Positions 18,354 to 27,718 are shown, counted from the first letter of the stretch. The stretch is 53,030 nt of DNA from a virus (IMGVR_UViG_3300025120_000074:1-53030), one strand, 5' to 3'. Notes: generated by a model from the letters alone, not told the origin. A program made the numbers and translations.

Positions 18354-18513
18354 AGAAAGATTCTGGAGTGTAGTACTATTAGATAAGGAACGCTTAGATG
18401 GTAGCTATATCTATCTAAAAGTTAAGGCTAATACTAAGGCTGATGTACTACATACATTTCTAGATTACTATGAGATAGTAGACGTAAACTTATTTAATGT
18501 GAGGGTAATATAA
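18340..18513 (+). CDS. 57-aa hypothetical (not in ORF track)
   Basis: MALRKERFWSVVLL...; fills the gap, TAATG coupling. Confidence 0.55.
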   Translation: MALRKERFWSVVLLDKERLDGSYIYLKVKANTKADVLHTFLDYYEIVDVNLFNVRVI

Positions 18514-18791
18514 TGGCAACAATGGGTGAGATACAGACACGCAATAGGATTAAGATTGCTGTCTTTGCATACGCTTATGAGTTTAAGAATGATAGCCTTG
18601 TAAGTGACGCAGAGTTTGATGAGTTAGCTAAAGAGGTGAAGGCAGGTTTAGATATTGGTACAGGTAATGATAAGCTTGATGACTTCTTTGCTAAAGAATT
18701 TGTTACTGATAGTGGAATGTGGATACATAGACACCCAGAATTACACAAGGTGTGTGATATGTACCACACAATATGGAAGGATGAAGTGTGA
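18513..18791 (+). CDS. stand-alone NAD+-dependent ligase subdomain Ia-like protein
   Basis: AYAYEFKNDSLVSDAEFDEL parallels the LigA YY..D.P.ISDAEYD.L motif. Confidence 0.65.
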   Translation: MATMGEIQTRNRIKIAVFAYAYEFKNDSLVSDAEFDELAKEVKAGLDIGTGNDKLDDFFAKEFVTDSGMWIHRHPELHKVCDMYHTIWKDEV

Positions 18792-18796
18792 CAATT

Positions 18797-18907
18797 ATGG
18801 AACTATACATGGTAATTTTTATAACAGTATTATTATTTTGGAGTGGATGCTTGACAGGTTATATCATAGGTGCTAGACCTTGGGATAGAAGGAGATTTAA
18901 ACGATGA
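18797..18907 (+). CDS. 36-aa single-TM peptide (not in ORF track)
   Basis: MELYMVIFITVLLFWSGCLTGYIIGARPWDRRRFKR; ATGA overlap. Confidence 0.45.
   Translation: MELYMVIFITVLLFWSGCLTGYIIGARPWDRRRFKR
18851..18879 (+). promoter_or_regulatory. possible internal early promoter
   Basis: TTGACA-17 nt-TAGACC with TGC extension. Confidence 0.4.
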
Positions 18908-19227
18908 AAGCATTTTTAATTGACCCAGAACTGAGGGTAATAAAAGAAGTAGAATATAGTGGAGACTATAGAGAAATCTATGCTCTAACAGGGTGTAAAA
19001 CTTTTGATGTCGTTGGGATACCATTTGGTTCTGATGGCATCTACGTAGATGATGAAGGGTTATACGCTGATGTGATGCACAAGTGGGAGTTTAACTTGCA
19101 CCACCAACCACCTATAAAGCTAGTCAATAGAGGGCTAGTGCTAGGGTGTGATGATGAGGGTGACAGCATAGAACCTGTAATAAGTCTGGATATGCTACAA
19201 CATTTTGTAACGTGGGATTGGAGTTGA
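18904..19227 (+). CDS. DUF3846-like protein
   Basis: MKA.LIDP...EVE...IY...GC...IYVDDEGL. Confidence 0.65.
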   Translation: MKAFLIDPELRVIKEVEYSGDYREIYALTGCKTFDVVGIPFGSDGIYVDDEGLYADVMHKWEFNLHHQPPIKLVNRGLVLGCDDEGDSIEPVISLDMLQHFVTWDWS

Positions 19228-19228
19228 T

Positions 19229-19450
19229 ATGATTATCACAAAGACAAGCACGATGACAGGTCAAACTAACACTATGGAGTTAGATGTAACGCAACAACAG
19301 ATTGAGCAATGGGAAGGAGGTATGCTCATTCAAAACGCTATGCCTAACTTAACAACAGAAGAGAGGGAGTTTATCATGTCTGGTATAACATCAAGTGAGT
19401 GGGCTGTAGCCTATGGAGATATGGAAGAGGTGTATGATGAGGATAGATAG
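19229..19450 (+). CDS. conserved small phage protein
   Basis: G.LIQNAMPNLT.EEREFI.SGIT..EW. Confidence 0.65.
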   Translation: MIITKTSTMTGQTNTMELDVTQQQIEQWEGGMLIQNAMPNLTTEEREFIMSGITSSEWAVAYGDMEEVYDEDR

Positions 19451-19607
19451 TGGAATAGATAGAGCTTGGGAAGGTTATTGGTTGACACTCAAAGGATTAA
19501 CGAGTAAAGAAGTAGAAGATATAAACACACTAGTAGAAGCATACAAAAAAATAAAGGGGATTAAAGATGGCTATACCACACTTAAAAATAACAGAGACTA
19601 TGCGTAA
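19434..19607 (+). CDS. hypothetical early protein
   Basis: GAGGTG RBS before ATG 19434/19437. Confidence 0.45.
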   Translation: MMRIDSGIDRAWEGYWLTLKGLTSKEVEDINTLVEAYKKIKGIKDGYTTLKNNRDYA

Positions 19608-19926
19608 CAAGTATTATGCTGACGCTAAGAATGAGGTAATAGATTTTTTTGAGATTGATATGAACTTATGGGGAAGTAACCCTTTGTATTATGTAGGTTG
19701 TTATGGTCATCTTGACATGGATGATGTACTCATTAAGTTCTACAAGACAGCCAGAGGTGACAAGCGTATGTCCATACCCAAGCTACGTAAAGTTACAGAG
19801 GCAGGTGACTACGTATGGTTTACTGAAGCTAAAGACGGTGAGACTATCTACTACAATATACACATAGGCAAGGAGCTACCCTTTGATAGCGAACAGTATG
19901 AGCAACTACAGCAGAGGTTTGGCTGA
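19567..19926 (+). CDS. hypothetical early protein
   Basis: 119 aa with AGGGG RBS; FYKTARGDKRMSI. Confidence 0.6.
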   Translation: MAIPHLKITETMRNKYYADAKNEVIDFFEIDMNLWGSNPLYYVGCYGHLDMDDVLIKFYKTARGDKRMSIPKLRKVTEAGDYVWFTEAKDGETIYYNIHIGKELPFDSEQYEQLQQRFG

Positions 19927-20099
19927 TGGCATTAGATTATAGATGGTACAAGAAAGACTTAGAAGCTATGCGTACATTAACTAAAAGCACTATGCCTTTG
20001 GTTAAGCTATGTAAAGATGATGAAGAACTCAAGGCATACAAGGAAGTAAGTAAGGGTATGCGAGGCATAAAGAATATTGAATTTAAAAAAGGAGAATGA
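19926..20099 (+). CDS. 57-aa hypothetical (not in ORF track)
   Basis: MALDYRWYKKDLEAM...; overlaps both neighbours. Confidence 0.55.
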   Translation: MALDYRWYKKDLEAMRTLTKSTMPLVKLCKDDEELKAYKEVSKGMRGIKNIEFKKGE

Positions 20100-20470
20100 C
20101 AATGGCTAACACAGACAAGAGATACCAGAAGAGTACCACACCCATCCTAGATGATGAGGATAACCATTCGTCACACCATTTAGTTCAAGCACTGTGGTTA
20201 CAGAGGCAACCTGATTGGCAAGAGGGTGTAACGTGGGAAGATTGCGATGAAGATGTACAAGGCAGATACTACGATGAACGCAGAGAGCAATGTCAGATAC
20301 GCACTACAGCTAAGTGGGATGCACTATCTGAAGATAGCAGACGTATGCAAATAGAATCCTACAACAATACCGTAGATGCGTTAGACAAGATGATGCACGT
20401 AATGTATGGCTTGCAACATCCTATACCAGAGAGCATACGTAAGATAGCGTGTAAGGAGTTTGAGTGGTGA
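20096..20470 (+). CDS. hypothetical early protein
   Basis: 124-aa ORF with AGGAG RBS. Confidence 0.6.
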   Translation: MTMANTDKRYQKSTTPILDDEDNHSSHHLVQALWLQRQPDWQEGVTWEDCDEDVQGRYYDERREQCQIRTTAKWDALSEDSRRMQIESYNNTVDALDKMMHVMYGLQHPIPESIRKIACKEFEW

Positions 20471-20598
20471 TGAACAAGGTACACCCACTAGAGGTACACA
20501 TCTGTATAGGCATAGCTTTAGTCATTGCCTGTATAGAGTATTGGCTTAATCAAATAGGTATGAGTGGCTTCACTTATGCTTTAATAGTAGGAGACTAA
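20470..20598 (+). CDS. 42-aa hydrophobic peptide (not in ORF track)
   Basis: MNKVHPLEVHICIGIALVIACIEYWL... Confidence 0.45.
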   Translation: MNKVHPLEVHICIGIALVIACIEYWLNQIGMSGFTYALIVGD

Positions 20599-20599
20599 T

Positions 20600-20803
20600 A
20601 TGTTTTTTGAGAATGAATTACCCATGAACCATGAGCCTAGCTTAGACTACATAGCACAGGCTTGGGCAACTTACGATGTAGAAGGTGGTGAGACATTAAA
20701 TTTTGACCACGCATATGAAATGTCATGGTCTGCACTTGAATCTGAATTAGAATTTGAGGGATTAAAGATGACTACTGAGTGGTGGGATAGAGGTAGAACA
20801 TGA
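20600..20803 (+). CDS. acidic hypothetical protein
   Basis: AGGAG RBS; 67 aa. Confidence 0.6.
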   Translation: MFFENELPMNHEPSLDYIAQAWATYDVEGGETLNFDHAYEMSWSALESELEFEGLKMTTEWWDRGRT

Positions 20804-20997
20804 AACCATACCACAACGAGGGCTTCTTTAAGGCAGCACTGCTAGTAATCTTTCTACTTGTACCTCTGCCCTACATCATAGGCTACCTAGCGTGGGGAGA
20901 TCCTTGGGTAGCAACATACAAAGAGATGTTTCACCCTGACAGATGCAGGTATGAGGACAACAAACATAATGTAATAGATAACTGTGAGAAGGAGTAA
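20800..20997 (+). CDS. small membrane protein
   Basis: One TM segment; ATGA overlap. Confidence 0.6.
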   Translation: MKPYHNEGFFKAALLVIFLLVPLPYIIGYLAWGDPWVATYKEMFHPDRCRYEDNKHNVIDNCEKE

Positions 20998-21000
20998 CAG

Positions 21001-21186
21001 ATGGTAGCATGGATGCCAAGCCCAGTGTATAACTATGCTGTAGAGTATGAGGGTGTAAGTTTTAATGACTCTGGTGTGAACACTAGGGTGAGGTCTATAT
21101 ATTTGTACGCAACTAGTGAGCTACACATTAAGCAGATACTAGGTGACTACAAAGTTTTAACAATAGAAAAGTATGAAGGGAAGTAA
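21001..21186 (+). CDS. hypothetical protein
   Basis: AAGGAG RBS; 61 aa. Confidence 0.55.
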   Translation: MVAWMPSPVYNYAVEYEGVSFNDSGVNTRVRSIYLYATSELHIKQILGDYKVLTIEKYEGK

Positions 21187-21187
21187 G

Positions 21188-21382
21188 ATGTATCACATAA
21201 CGATAGAAAGAAATGATGAGGTAGTAGAGGATTGGCATGGCAAGATATTCTCTGATGAGATAGGTAAGGCTGACAGTATGACTAAGAGTGGTGACACACT
21301 GACTGTTGTATGGTCACTGGAATGTCTTGATGGGTATGAGGATACAGATGAAGTGTTGTATCAAAGACACATTGATAAATAA
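21188..21382 (+). CDS. acidic hypothetical protein
   Basis: ORF continues the early operon; start likely 21188. Confidence 0.55.
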   Translation: MYHITIERNDEVVEDWHGKIFSDEIGKADSMTKSGDTLTVVWSLECLDGYEDTDEVLYQRHIDK

Positions 21383-21398
21383 AAATATATTATCAGGG

Positions 21399-21428
21399 TT
21401 GTCACACTTCTGTAAGTGACTGTATAAT
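21399..21428 (+). promoter_or_regulatory. promoter upstream of the recombinase/replication operon, with an overlapping palindrome
   Basis: TTGTCA-18-TATAAT; GTCAC...GTGAC inverted repeat at 21401-21420. Confidence 0.55.
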
Positions 21429-21429
21429 T

Positions 21430-21517
21430 ACATTAAGTATACTTTAAGTAAGACATTAACTCCTACAACTTAAAGAAAGATAAAACTTTATGTATACTTT
21501 ATGTAAACTTTAAGTAT
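21430..21517. repeat. second ACWTTAWGT array, 11-bp phased
   Basis: acattaagt 21430, actttaagt 21441, actttatgt 21485 and 21496, actttaagt 21507. Confidence 0.7.
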
Positions 21518-21550
21518 AACTAGGGTCTTTGTATCCAAGAGGAGATGAAG

Positions 21551-21622
21551 ATGCTAGGTAAAGATGATGATCCATGTGATGAGATGATGCCACCTATACC
21601 AAAAAAGAAAGAAGAGAAATGA
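21551..21622 (+). CDS. 23-aa peptide coupled to the recombinase (not in ORF track)
   Basis: GAGGAG RBS; MLGKDDDPCDEMMPPIPKKKEEK; ATGA overlap. Confidence 0.4.
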   Translation: MLGKDDDPCDEMMPPIPKKKEEK

Positions 21623-22704
21623 AATATACGACTAAGGTAAAACTTAAGGATGGCTCTGCTGTCTATCGTTTTAATCCACCCAATGATGCTAAGTCAGCAG
21701 GTGTTGTATCACCTAAGACTTTCCACGATGGGAGACAGGCGAGACATGAAGTACCAAAGCTTGTAAAGATTGTTGATGACTTCAGAAAGGGTAACATACT
21801 TGTTGGTACTCTAGGTGTTAAGAGTAACCTAAGACAGGTGACAGCACACTACCTTAACACTGGACAGTTTAATTCTTTGTCGTCAAGGACTAGGAAGACC
21901 TACGAGTATGGCTTTGCAAAGATCAATAGCACTAAGCTGTTTGCTAGGGAGTTAGGTGACATAACTGTCAAGGCTGTCACATCTGCTCACTGCACAGAAC
22001 TCTATGAGATTTGGGTTAGGAACGTGAGTGTTGACCATGCTAACCAACTGTCAAGAATCTTCTCAGTCCTATTAAACTTCTGTCGTTCCATTGAACTGAT
22101 AGACACCAACCCAATGTCTAGGGTTAAGAAGCGTTCACACACACCTCGCTCTGTAGTATGGACTAAGCCACAGGTAGAGCTATTCATTGAGACTGCCTTC
22201 TCTCAATTTAAGTGGAGAAACATTGGACTACTGGCACTCCTTGCCTACGAGTGGGGACAAAGACCCATTGACATTACTCTACTTGAGTGGTCTAGCATAG
22301 ATTTTGATAAGAAGATGGTAACAATCAAGCAGACTAAGCGTGGTGCTACAGTAATGTTACCCATTGAGGATAAGATAATGGAGCTTATGGTACAACAGTT
22401 AGGTGATTGGGATTGGCAGAAGTATGTTATACCTCACCAGAGACCTTCAGATGGGGCATACAGACCTATACCATCAGGTCAGGTATCTACCCTAGCAAAT
22501 GAGGTTAAGGCTGAGTGTGGGCTACCTTCAGACCTACATATGGGAGACCTACGTAAGACTGCCATCACTGAGTTAATTGAGAGTGGAGTTGATGCACTGG
22601 CAATCATGCACGTAACAGGGCATAAAAATGTACAGAGTCTTAACCCATACAACAAACACAACTATGAGACTGCAAAGTCTGCACTAGATATAAGGAGAGG
22701 GTGA
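21619..22704 (+). CDS. int: tyrosine recombinase/integrase
   Basis: GQRPIDI (R), KQTKRG (K), GDLRKT (R), VTGH (H), LNPY (Y). Confidence 0.85.
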   Translation: MKYTTKVKLKDGSAVYRFNPPNDAKSAGVVSPKTFHDGRQARHEVPKLVKIVDDFRKGNILVGTLGVKSNLRQVTAHYLNTGQFNSLSSRTRKTYEYGFAKINSTKLFARELGDITVKAVTSAHCTELYEIWVRNVSVDHANQLSRIFSVLLNFCRSIELIDTNPMSRVKKRSHTPRSVVWTKPQVELFIETAFSQFKWRNIGLLALLAYEWGQRPIDITLLEWSSIDFDKKMVTIKQTKRGATVMLPIEDKIMELMVQQLGDWDWQKYVIPHQRPSDGAYRPIPSGQVSTLANEVKAECGLPSDLHMGDLRKTAITELIESGVDALAIMHVTGHKNVQSLNPYNKHNYETAKSALDIRRG

Positions 22705-23163
22705 TTGGCAAAGTATCAAACTTATATTAATAAAGAAGAAGCAATAGAGTTAGGTTTACCAGACCTAAGAGGCACAGTAAATAAAAAAGGTTATAAATTT
22801 TTACACTACGCTATGTCTAGACTTAGTGGTAAGGTATGCACAGTATACGAGAACCCTAACTTTAGATCAAATAAGTGCAGTACTGCAAGAAGAAAAAGAA
22901 AAACATTAAGGGAGTTTACAACTAGGGTTAAGATGAGGTTTGGTTGCAGAGAATGTGGGTATAAAAAACACCCTGCTGCTTTACATTTTAATCATTTAAA
23001 TCAAGAAACAAAATCTACAAATGTAAGTAGGATTTCAACTTGGATGAAGCTTAAAAATGAAATTAGAAAATGTGAAATTCTTTGTGCTAATTGTCATGCT
23101 ATACACAGCGTAGAAAATAAACACCACTTAAAATTTAACCACACTATACATGAGGAAACATAA
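22705..23163 (+). CDS. HNH endonuclease
   Basis: CRECGY...LHFNH...KCEILCANCHAIH; AT-richer than flanks; TTG start. Confidence 0.8.
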   Translation: MAKYQTYINKEEAIELGLPDLRGTVNKKGYKFLHYAMSRLSGKVCTVYENPNFRSNKCSTARRKRKTLREFTTRVKMRFGCRECGYKKHPAALHFNHLNQETKSTNVSRISTWMKLKNEIRKCEILCANCHAIHSVENKHHLKFNHTIHEET

Positions 23164-23582
23164 TGTTTACAACAGCACTCGTATGTTTAGCAATGAACGT
23201 ATACTGGGAAGCTAGGTCACAATCTACAGCAGGTCAAATTGCTGTGGCACAGGTTGTAATCAACAGGGTAAATGATAAAAGATACCCTGACAACGTGTGT
23301 GATGTCGTTACACAGGCAGTAAGACATTCGGGTAGTGACCTACCTGTAAGGCATAAGTGCCAGTTCTCATGGTATTGTGACGGTCTGAAGGACAATCCTA
23401 CTGACGATTCAGCTTGGGCAAAGGCACTGCTTGTGGCTGTAACTGTACATGACGGTAAGACTATTGATATGTTAGAGGGTGCAACACACTACCACTCCAC
23501 CTCTGTGTATCCTGATTGGGCAAGCACAAAGACAAGGACATCAAGGATAGATGACCACATATTTTATAGATGGGAGAAGTAG
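23163..23582 (+). CDS. SleB-like cell wall hydrolase (Hydrolase_2)
   Basis: CLAMNVYWEAR, AVAQVVINRV, CQFSW, GATHYH, HIFY. Confidence 0.9.
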   Translation: MFTTALVCLAMNVYWEARSQSTAGQIAVAQVVINRVNDKRYPDNVCDVVTQAVRHSGSDLPVRHKCQFSWYCDGLKDNPTDDSAWAKALLVAVTVHDGKTIDMLEGATHYHSTSVYPDWASTKTRTSRIDDHIFYRWEK

Positions 23583-24251
23583 ATGATTAAAGTAACTTAT
23601 ATGGAACATATGGGGTCTGACCTGAGTGTAGTAAATGCAGCAAGGGTTAGCTTCAACAACTGGTCTAACTCATTTGATATGAGTAAAGAAAGAAACATTA
23701 AGCTTATCAAGTACTTAGCTAAACACAAACACATGTCACCCTTTGGTCATTGCTTTGCTAAATTTCATGTACGTGCCCCTATCTTTGTAGCTAGGCAGTT
23801 GGTCAAGCATAAGTTCCTACGTTGGAATGAGATGAGTAGGAGATACGTAGACACTACACCTAACTGGTACAGACCAGACATGAATGATGAGAACACTGCA
23901 CTCTGGAGAAAGCAAACAAAAGATAAGAAGCAGGGCAGTGGTGGTGTATTAGAATCTGAAACAGAACAGAGCCTTGCCAACTTTGAGTTGAACCATGTAA
24001 TTGCTGAAGCTATGCAAGCCTATCAGAGACTATTAGAGATGGGTGTGTGTGAGGAACAGGCACGTATGGTGTTACCTTTATGTCACATGACTGAATGGTA
24101 TTGGTCTGGTAGTCTTGACGCATTCGCTGACATGTGTATACTTCGATGTGCAGAAGATGCTCAAGTAGAAAGCAGAATGGTAGCAGACGATATTAGTAGA
24201 GAGATGGGAAAGTTATTCCCTGTATCATGGAAGGAATTAATGAATGAGTGA
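23583..24251 (+). CDS. thyX: flavin-dependent thymidylate synthase
   Basis: VNAARVSF, H.SPF.H, ARQLVKHK...NEMSRRY, EQARMVLP. Confidence 0.92.
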   Translation: MIKVTYMEHMGSDLSVVNAARVSFNNWSNSFDMSKERNIKLIKYLAKHKHMSPFGHCFAKFHVRAPIFVARQLVKHKFLRWNEMSRRYVDTTPNWYRPDMNDENTALWRKQTKDKKQGSGGVLESETEQSLANFELNHVIAEAMQAYQRLLEMGVCEEQARMVLPLCHMTEWYWSGSLDAFADMCILRCAEDAQVESRMVADDISREMGKLFPVSWKELMNE

Positions 24252-25845
24252 TAACCCACATCAGGCATGTCCATTTGAAGACTGTGGATCATCAGATGCA
24301 TTCAACTGGAATGACGATGGGTATGGATTCTGTCACAGTTGTGGGGAATCTTACCCTACTAAAAAGAGAATAGGCATATTTGATTGGGTAAGAGAGAGCT
24401 ACCCTGTAAAACAGAAGGTGAATGTAATGCAAGTAGAAGTTAAAGGTATGACGTTTGATAACATCAGGGGTATCAACCCAGATGTATGCAAACTGTATGG
24501 CATACAGGTACAGACAGGTGCAAACGGTGAGCCTGTAAGGTATGCATACAAGTACCCACACACCGTCAAGTACAGAGACTTCAACGATAAGTCTAAGACT
24601 TGGATTAAAGACAGGGGTGTAGGTATGAATCACCTATTTGGACCTGAGTTTAACTCCAACTCTTCCAACAAGATATACATAACAGAGGGAGAGTTTGATG
24701 CTGCAAGTCTCTACCAGATACTAGGTCAGAAATACTTTGTGAAGTCACTACCTTCTGCATCTATTGGTGAGAAGTTTATCAAGCAGAATTATGATTACCT
24801 CAACTCTTTCAAGGAAATAATCTACGCAGGGGAACTTGATGATGCAGGTAAGCGTAGTGCAGAGAAGATATATGAAGCCTTCCCTGCTAAGTTATACTTT
24901 GTACCTATGTCCAAGCACAAGGATGCTAACGAGTTCTTGATGGCAGGTGATAGTGAGGCACTCAAGTGGACTGCATTGAAACCACAACGCTACTCACCTG
25001 ACAACTTCTTTTGTTCTGATGAGGAAGTTGAACAGGCGATAAGGACTGAGAGTCCATACCAGTACACACCAACAGGTCACACAGGACTTGACGATAAGAT
25101 CAGGGGCATTGTCAAGGGTGGCTTAACTTTTCTCAAAGCACCAAGGGGTACAGGTAAGACAGAGGTGATACGATACTTTGAGACAGGGCTACTGTCTAAC
25201 CCTGATACACGCATAGCCCTGCTACACATGGAAGAGATGAAGTCTACAACCTACAGAGCAATGGCAACGTACAACCTTGGTGTTAATGTTAGGACTGAGG
25301 ACGATGCAAAGGAGAATGGTATCTCTGAGGATGACGTAGTGGCTGCTGCTAAGTTAGCTACACAGGGTGAGCGTACCATAGTCTTTGAGATGAGGTCACA
25401 TGATGATCCACTCAAGCTACTAGAGTACACTAGACTTGCAGCTACTGTCTACGGTGCAGAGTACATCTTTGTAGACCACGTTCAAAGACTAGCCTACCTC
25501 AGTCAGGCAGGTGTAGATGGTGCTACCTCAGTACTCACATCACTTGGAGCTAGGATGGCACAGCTATCTAAGGAGTTGAACATAGGTGTGGTATTAATAT
25601 CACAGGTTAATGATGATGGACGTACCAAATATGCATCATCTCTTGAAGAAGAAGCAATCATTTGTATAAAGATTGAAAGAGATGTTGACAGTGATGATGA
25701 ATTAGTTCAGAATACAACTAACTTTATTGTTGATAAGAACAGACCCTTTGCAAAGTTGGGTAAGGCAGGTAGTGTTTACTATGATCCTGAGACTACGTTG
25801 CTTACTGAAGAGTCAGGGGGTACAGAAGATAGGATGGTTGCATGA
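24244..25845 (+). CDS. T7 gp4-like DNA primase/helicase
   Basis: N-terminal Zn finger, TOPRIM ITEGEFDA, KDANE, Walker A APRGTGKT, VDH. Confidence 0.92.
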   Translation: MSDNPHQACPFEDCGSSDAFNWNDDGYGFCHSCGESYPTKKRIGIFDWVRESYPVKQKVNVMQVEVKGMTFDNIRGINPDVCKLYGIQVQTGANGEPVRYAYKYPHTVKYRDFNDKSKTWIKDRGVGMNHLFGPEFNSNSSNKIYITEGEFDAASLYQILGQKYFVKSLPSASIGEKFIKQNYDYLNSFKEIIYAGELDDAGKRSAEKIYEAFPAKLYFVPMSKHKDANEFLMAGDSEALKWTALKPQRYSPDNFFCSDEEVEQAIRTESPYQYTPTGHTGLDDKIRGIVKGGLTFLKAPRGTGKTEVIRYFETGLLSNPDTRIALLHMEEMKSTTYRAMATYNLGVNVRTEDDAKENGISEDDVVAAAKLATQGERTIVFEMRSHDDPLKLLEYTRLAATVYGAEYIFVDHVQRLAYLSQAGVDGATSVLTSLGARMAQLSKELNIGVVLISQVNDDGRTKYASSLEEEAIICIKIERDVDSDDELVQNTTNFIVDKNRPFAKLGKAGSVYYDPETTLLTEESGGTEDRMVA

Positions 25846-27683
25846 TAATATTTGACGCAGAAGCAGATGGTTTACTTGATCGTGCCACTAAGATACACTG
25901 CTTCTCTTACTTAGATGGAGAAGAACTAAAGACACTGCATCACTATGATGACATGAGGCATCTGTTAGTAAATGCAAAAGGTTTGCTAGGTCACAACATT
26001 ATTCGCTACGATGTACCACTCTTGAATAAGATACTTGGTATTAAGATTACAGCTAGGTTATTTGATACACTTCCTATGTCGTGGGTACTCAATCCACTAC
26101 GCAGTAAGCATGGCTTGGATAGTTTCTTCCCTGACTTTGGTATTGAGAAACCTAAGATAGATGATTGGCACAACCTATCACCGACTGACTACGCTCACAG
26201 ATGTGAACAGGATGTACTGATTACACAAGCCTTGTGGAACAATCTACTGAAAAGATTTATGTTTCTCTACAAGGACAAGGTAAAGCTAGACAAGTTCTTT
26301 CGTTACCTTGAGTTCAAGATGGACTGTGCTAATGAAGCAGAGCAACAGGGTTGGAAGTTAGACACTGACTTGGCAATCAGTTGTGTTGATAAGATAACTA
26401 AGCTACAGGAAGAGAAGGTAGCAGAACTTATAGAGGTTATGCCCATGCGTAAGCTGACTAAGGTACAGACTAAACCTAAAGTTTGCCACAAGAAGGATGG
26501 CTCACTGTCTGCTCATGGTGCAAGATGGTTTGGTTTACTAGATGAGTATGGACTACCAGACGGTTACAACGGTGATGTTACAGTGACTAAGGGTGCAGAA
26601 GAAGCTAACCCTAACTCCACTGAACAGGTAAAAGATTGGTTAACTTCTTTAGGTTGGAAGCCATGTACATACAAGTACAATAAGAACAAGGAGACAGGTG
26701 AAGAGAAGAAGGTATCACAGATACGAAAGAATGGTGAGCTAACCAAGTCAGTACGTTTACTTATCAAAGACAGCCCTGCTGTTGAGGTACTTGATGGTCT
26801 GACAATACTCCAACACCGCCTCAGTATATTCAAAGGCTTTGTTGAGTGTGAACATGATGGTTACGTAAGAGCAGAGATAGATGGACTAACCAACACACTA
26901 CGCTTTAAGCATAAGAAACCATTGGTTAATTTACCTAGTGTGGACAAGCCTTGGGGTAGAGAGATACGCAGTTGCTTGGTTGCACCAGAAGGTTACACAC
27001 TCTGTGGTGCTGACATGACATCACTTGAAGATACAACTAAGAGACACTATATGAAACCCTATGACCCTGAGTATGTAGAGGAAATGTCAAGAGATGGCTT
27101 TGACCCACACCTTGACCTTGCTAAACATGCAGGTGTGATTACACAGGGTGATATAGACAAGCATGTGAGTGGAGAGAAGGACTTGAAGCCACTGCGTAAG
27201 AACTTTAAGGTGGTTAACTATTCTGCAACTTACGGTGTTGGTGCAGCAAAACTATCAAGAGAAACAGGTATGTCAGTGCAGGAATCACAGAAGTTACTTG
27301 ACGCATACTGGCAACGTAACTGGTCAGTCAAACAGTTTGCTGAAGAACAGAATGTTAGAGAGATAGGTGGTGAGATGTGGATACAGAACCCTGTGAGTAA
27401 GTTCTGGCACAGCCTACGGTACAAGAAGGATGCCTTCTCCACCATCAACCAAAGCACAGGTTCTTATTGCTTTGATAAGTGGGTAGCATTCTACCGTATC
27501 AAGAGGTCAAACATTGTGGGTCAGTTCCACGATGAAAGTATTAACGTAGTTAGAAAAGGAGAAGAGCAACAGCATACAAGTGTACTGAGTTGGGCTATCA
27601 CTAAGTTGAATGAACAACTCAAGTTAAATGTACAGTTAGGTATTGATGTACAGTATGGAAAAAACTATGCAGAAATACATTAA
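25842..27683 (+). CDS. polA: family A DNA polymerase with 3'-5' exonuclease
   Basis: ExoI FDAEADG, GHNIIRYD; motif A GADMTSLE, motif B RKNFKVVNYSATYG, motif C QFHDE. Confidence 0.95.
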   Translation: MIIFDAEADGLLDRATKIHCFSYLDGEELKTLHHYDDMRHLLVNAKGLLGHNIIRYDVPLLNKILGIKITARLFDTLPMSWVLNPLRSKHGLDSFFPDFGIEKPKIDDWHNLSPTDYAHRCEQDVLITQALWNNLLKRFMFLYKDKVKLDKFFRYLEFKMDCANEAEQQGWKLDTDLAISCVDKITKLQEEKVAELIEVMPMRKLTKVQTKPKVCHKKDGSLSAHGARWFGLLDEYGLPDGYNGDVTVTKGAEEANPNSTEQVKDWLTSLGWKPCTYKYNKNKETGEEKKVSQIRKNGELTKSVRLLIKDSPAVEVLDGLTILQHRLSIFKGFVECEHDGYVRAEIDGLTNTLRFKHKKPLVNLPSVDKPWGREIRSCLVAPEGYTLCGADMTSLEDTTKRHYMKPYDPEYVEEMSRDGFDPHLDLAKHAGVITQGDIDKHVSGEKDLKPLRKNFKVVNYSATYGVGAAKLSRETGMSVQESQKLLDAYWQRNWSVKQFAEEQNVREIGGEMWIQNPVSKFWHSLRYKKDAFSTINQSTGSYCFDKWVAFYRIKRSNIVGQFHDESINVVRKGEEQQHTSVLSWAITKLNEQLKLNVQLGIDVQYGKNYAEIH

Positions 27684-27688
27684 AGTAC

Positions 27689-27718
27689 TTGCATTATAAT
27701 TATTAATCGTGTTAGAAT
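27689..27718 (+). promoter_or_regulatory. promoter for the SSB operon
   Basis: TTGCAT-18-TAGAAT with TGn extension in the intergenic gap. Confidence 0.5.

Noticed and set aside
15921-21517. CRISPR-like array
   Set aside because: Repeats are 9-11 bp with no unique spacers of regular length; the Cas4-like nuclease is a common phage replication exonuclease
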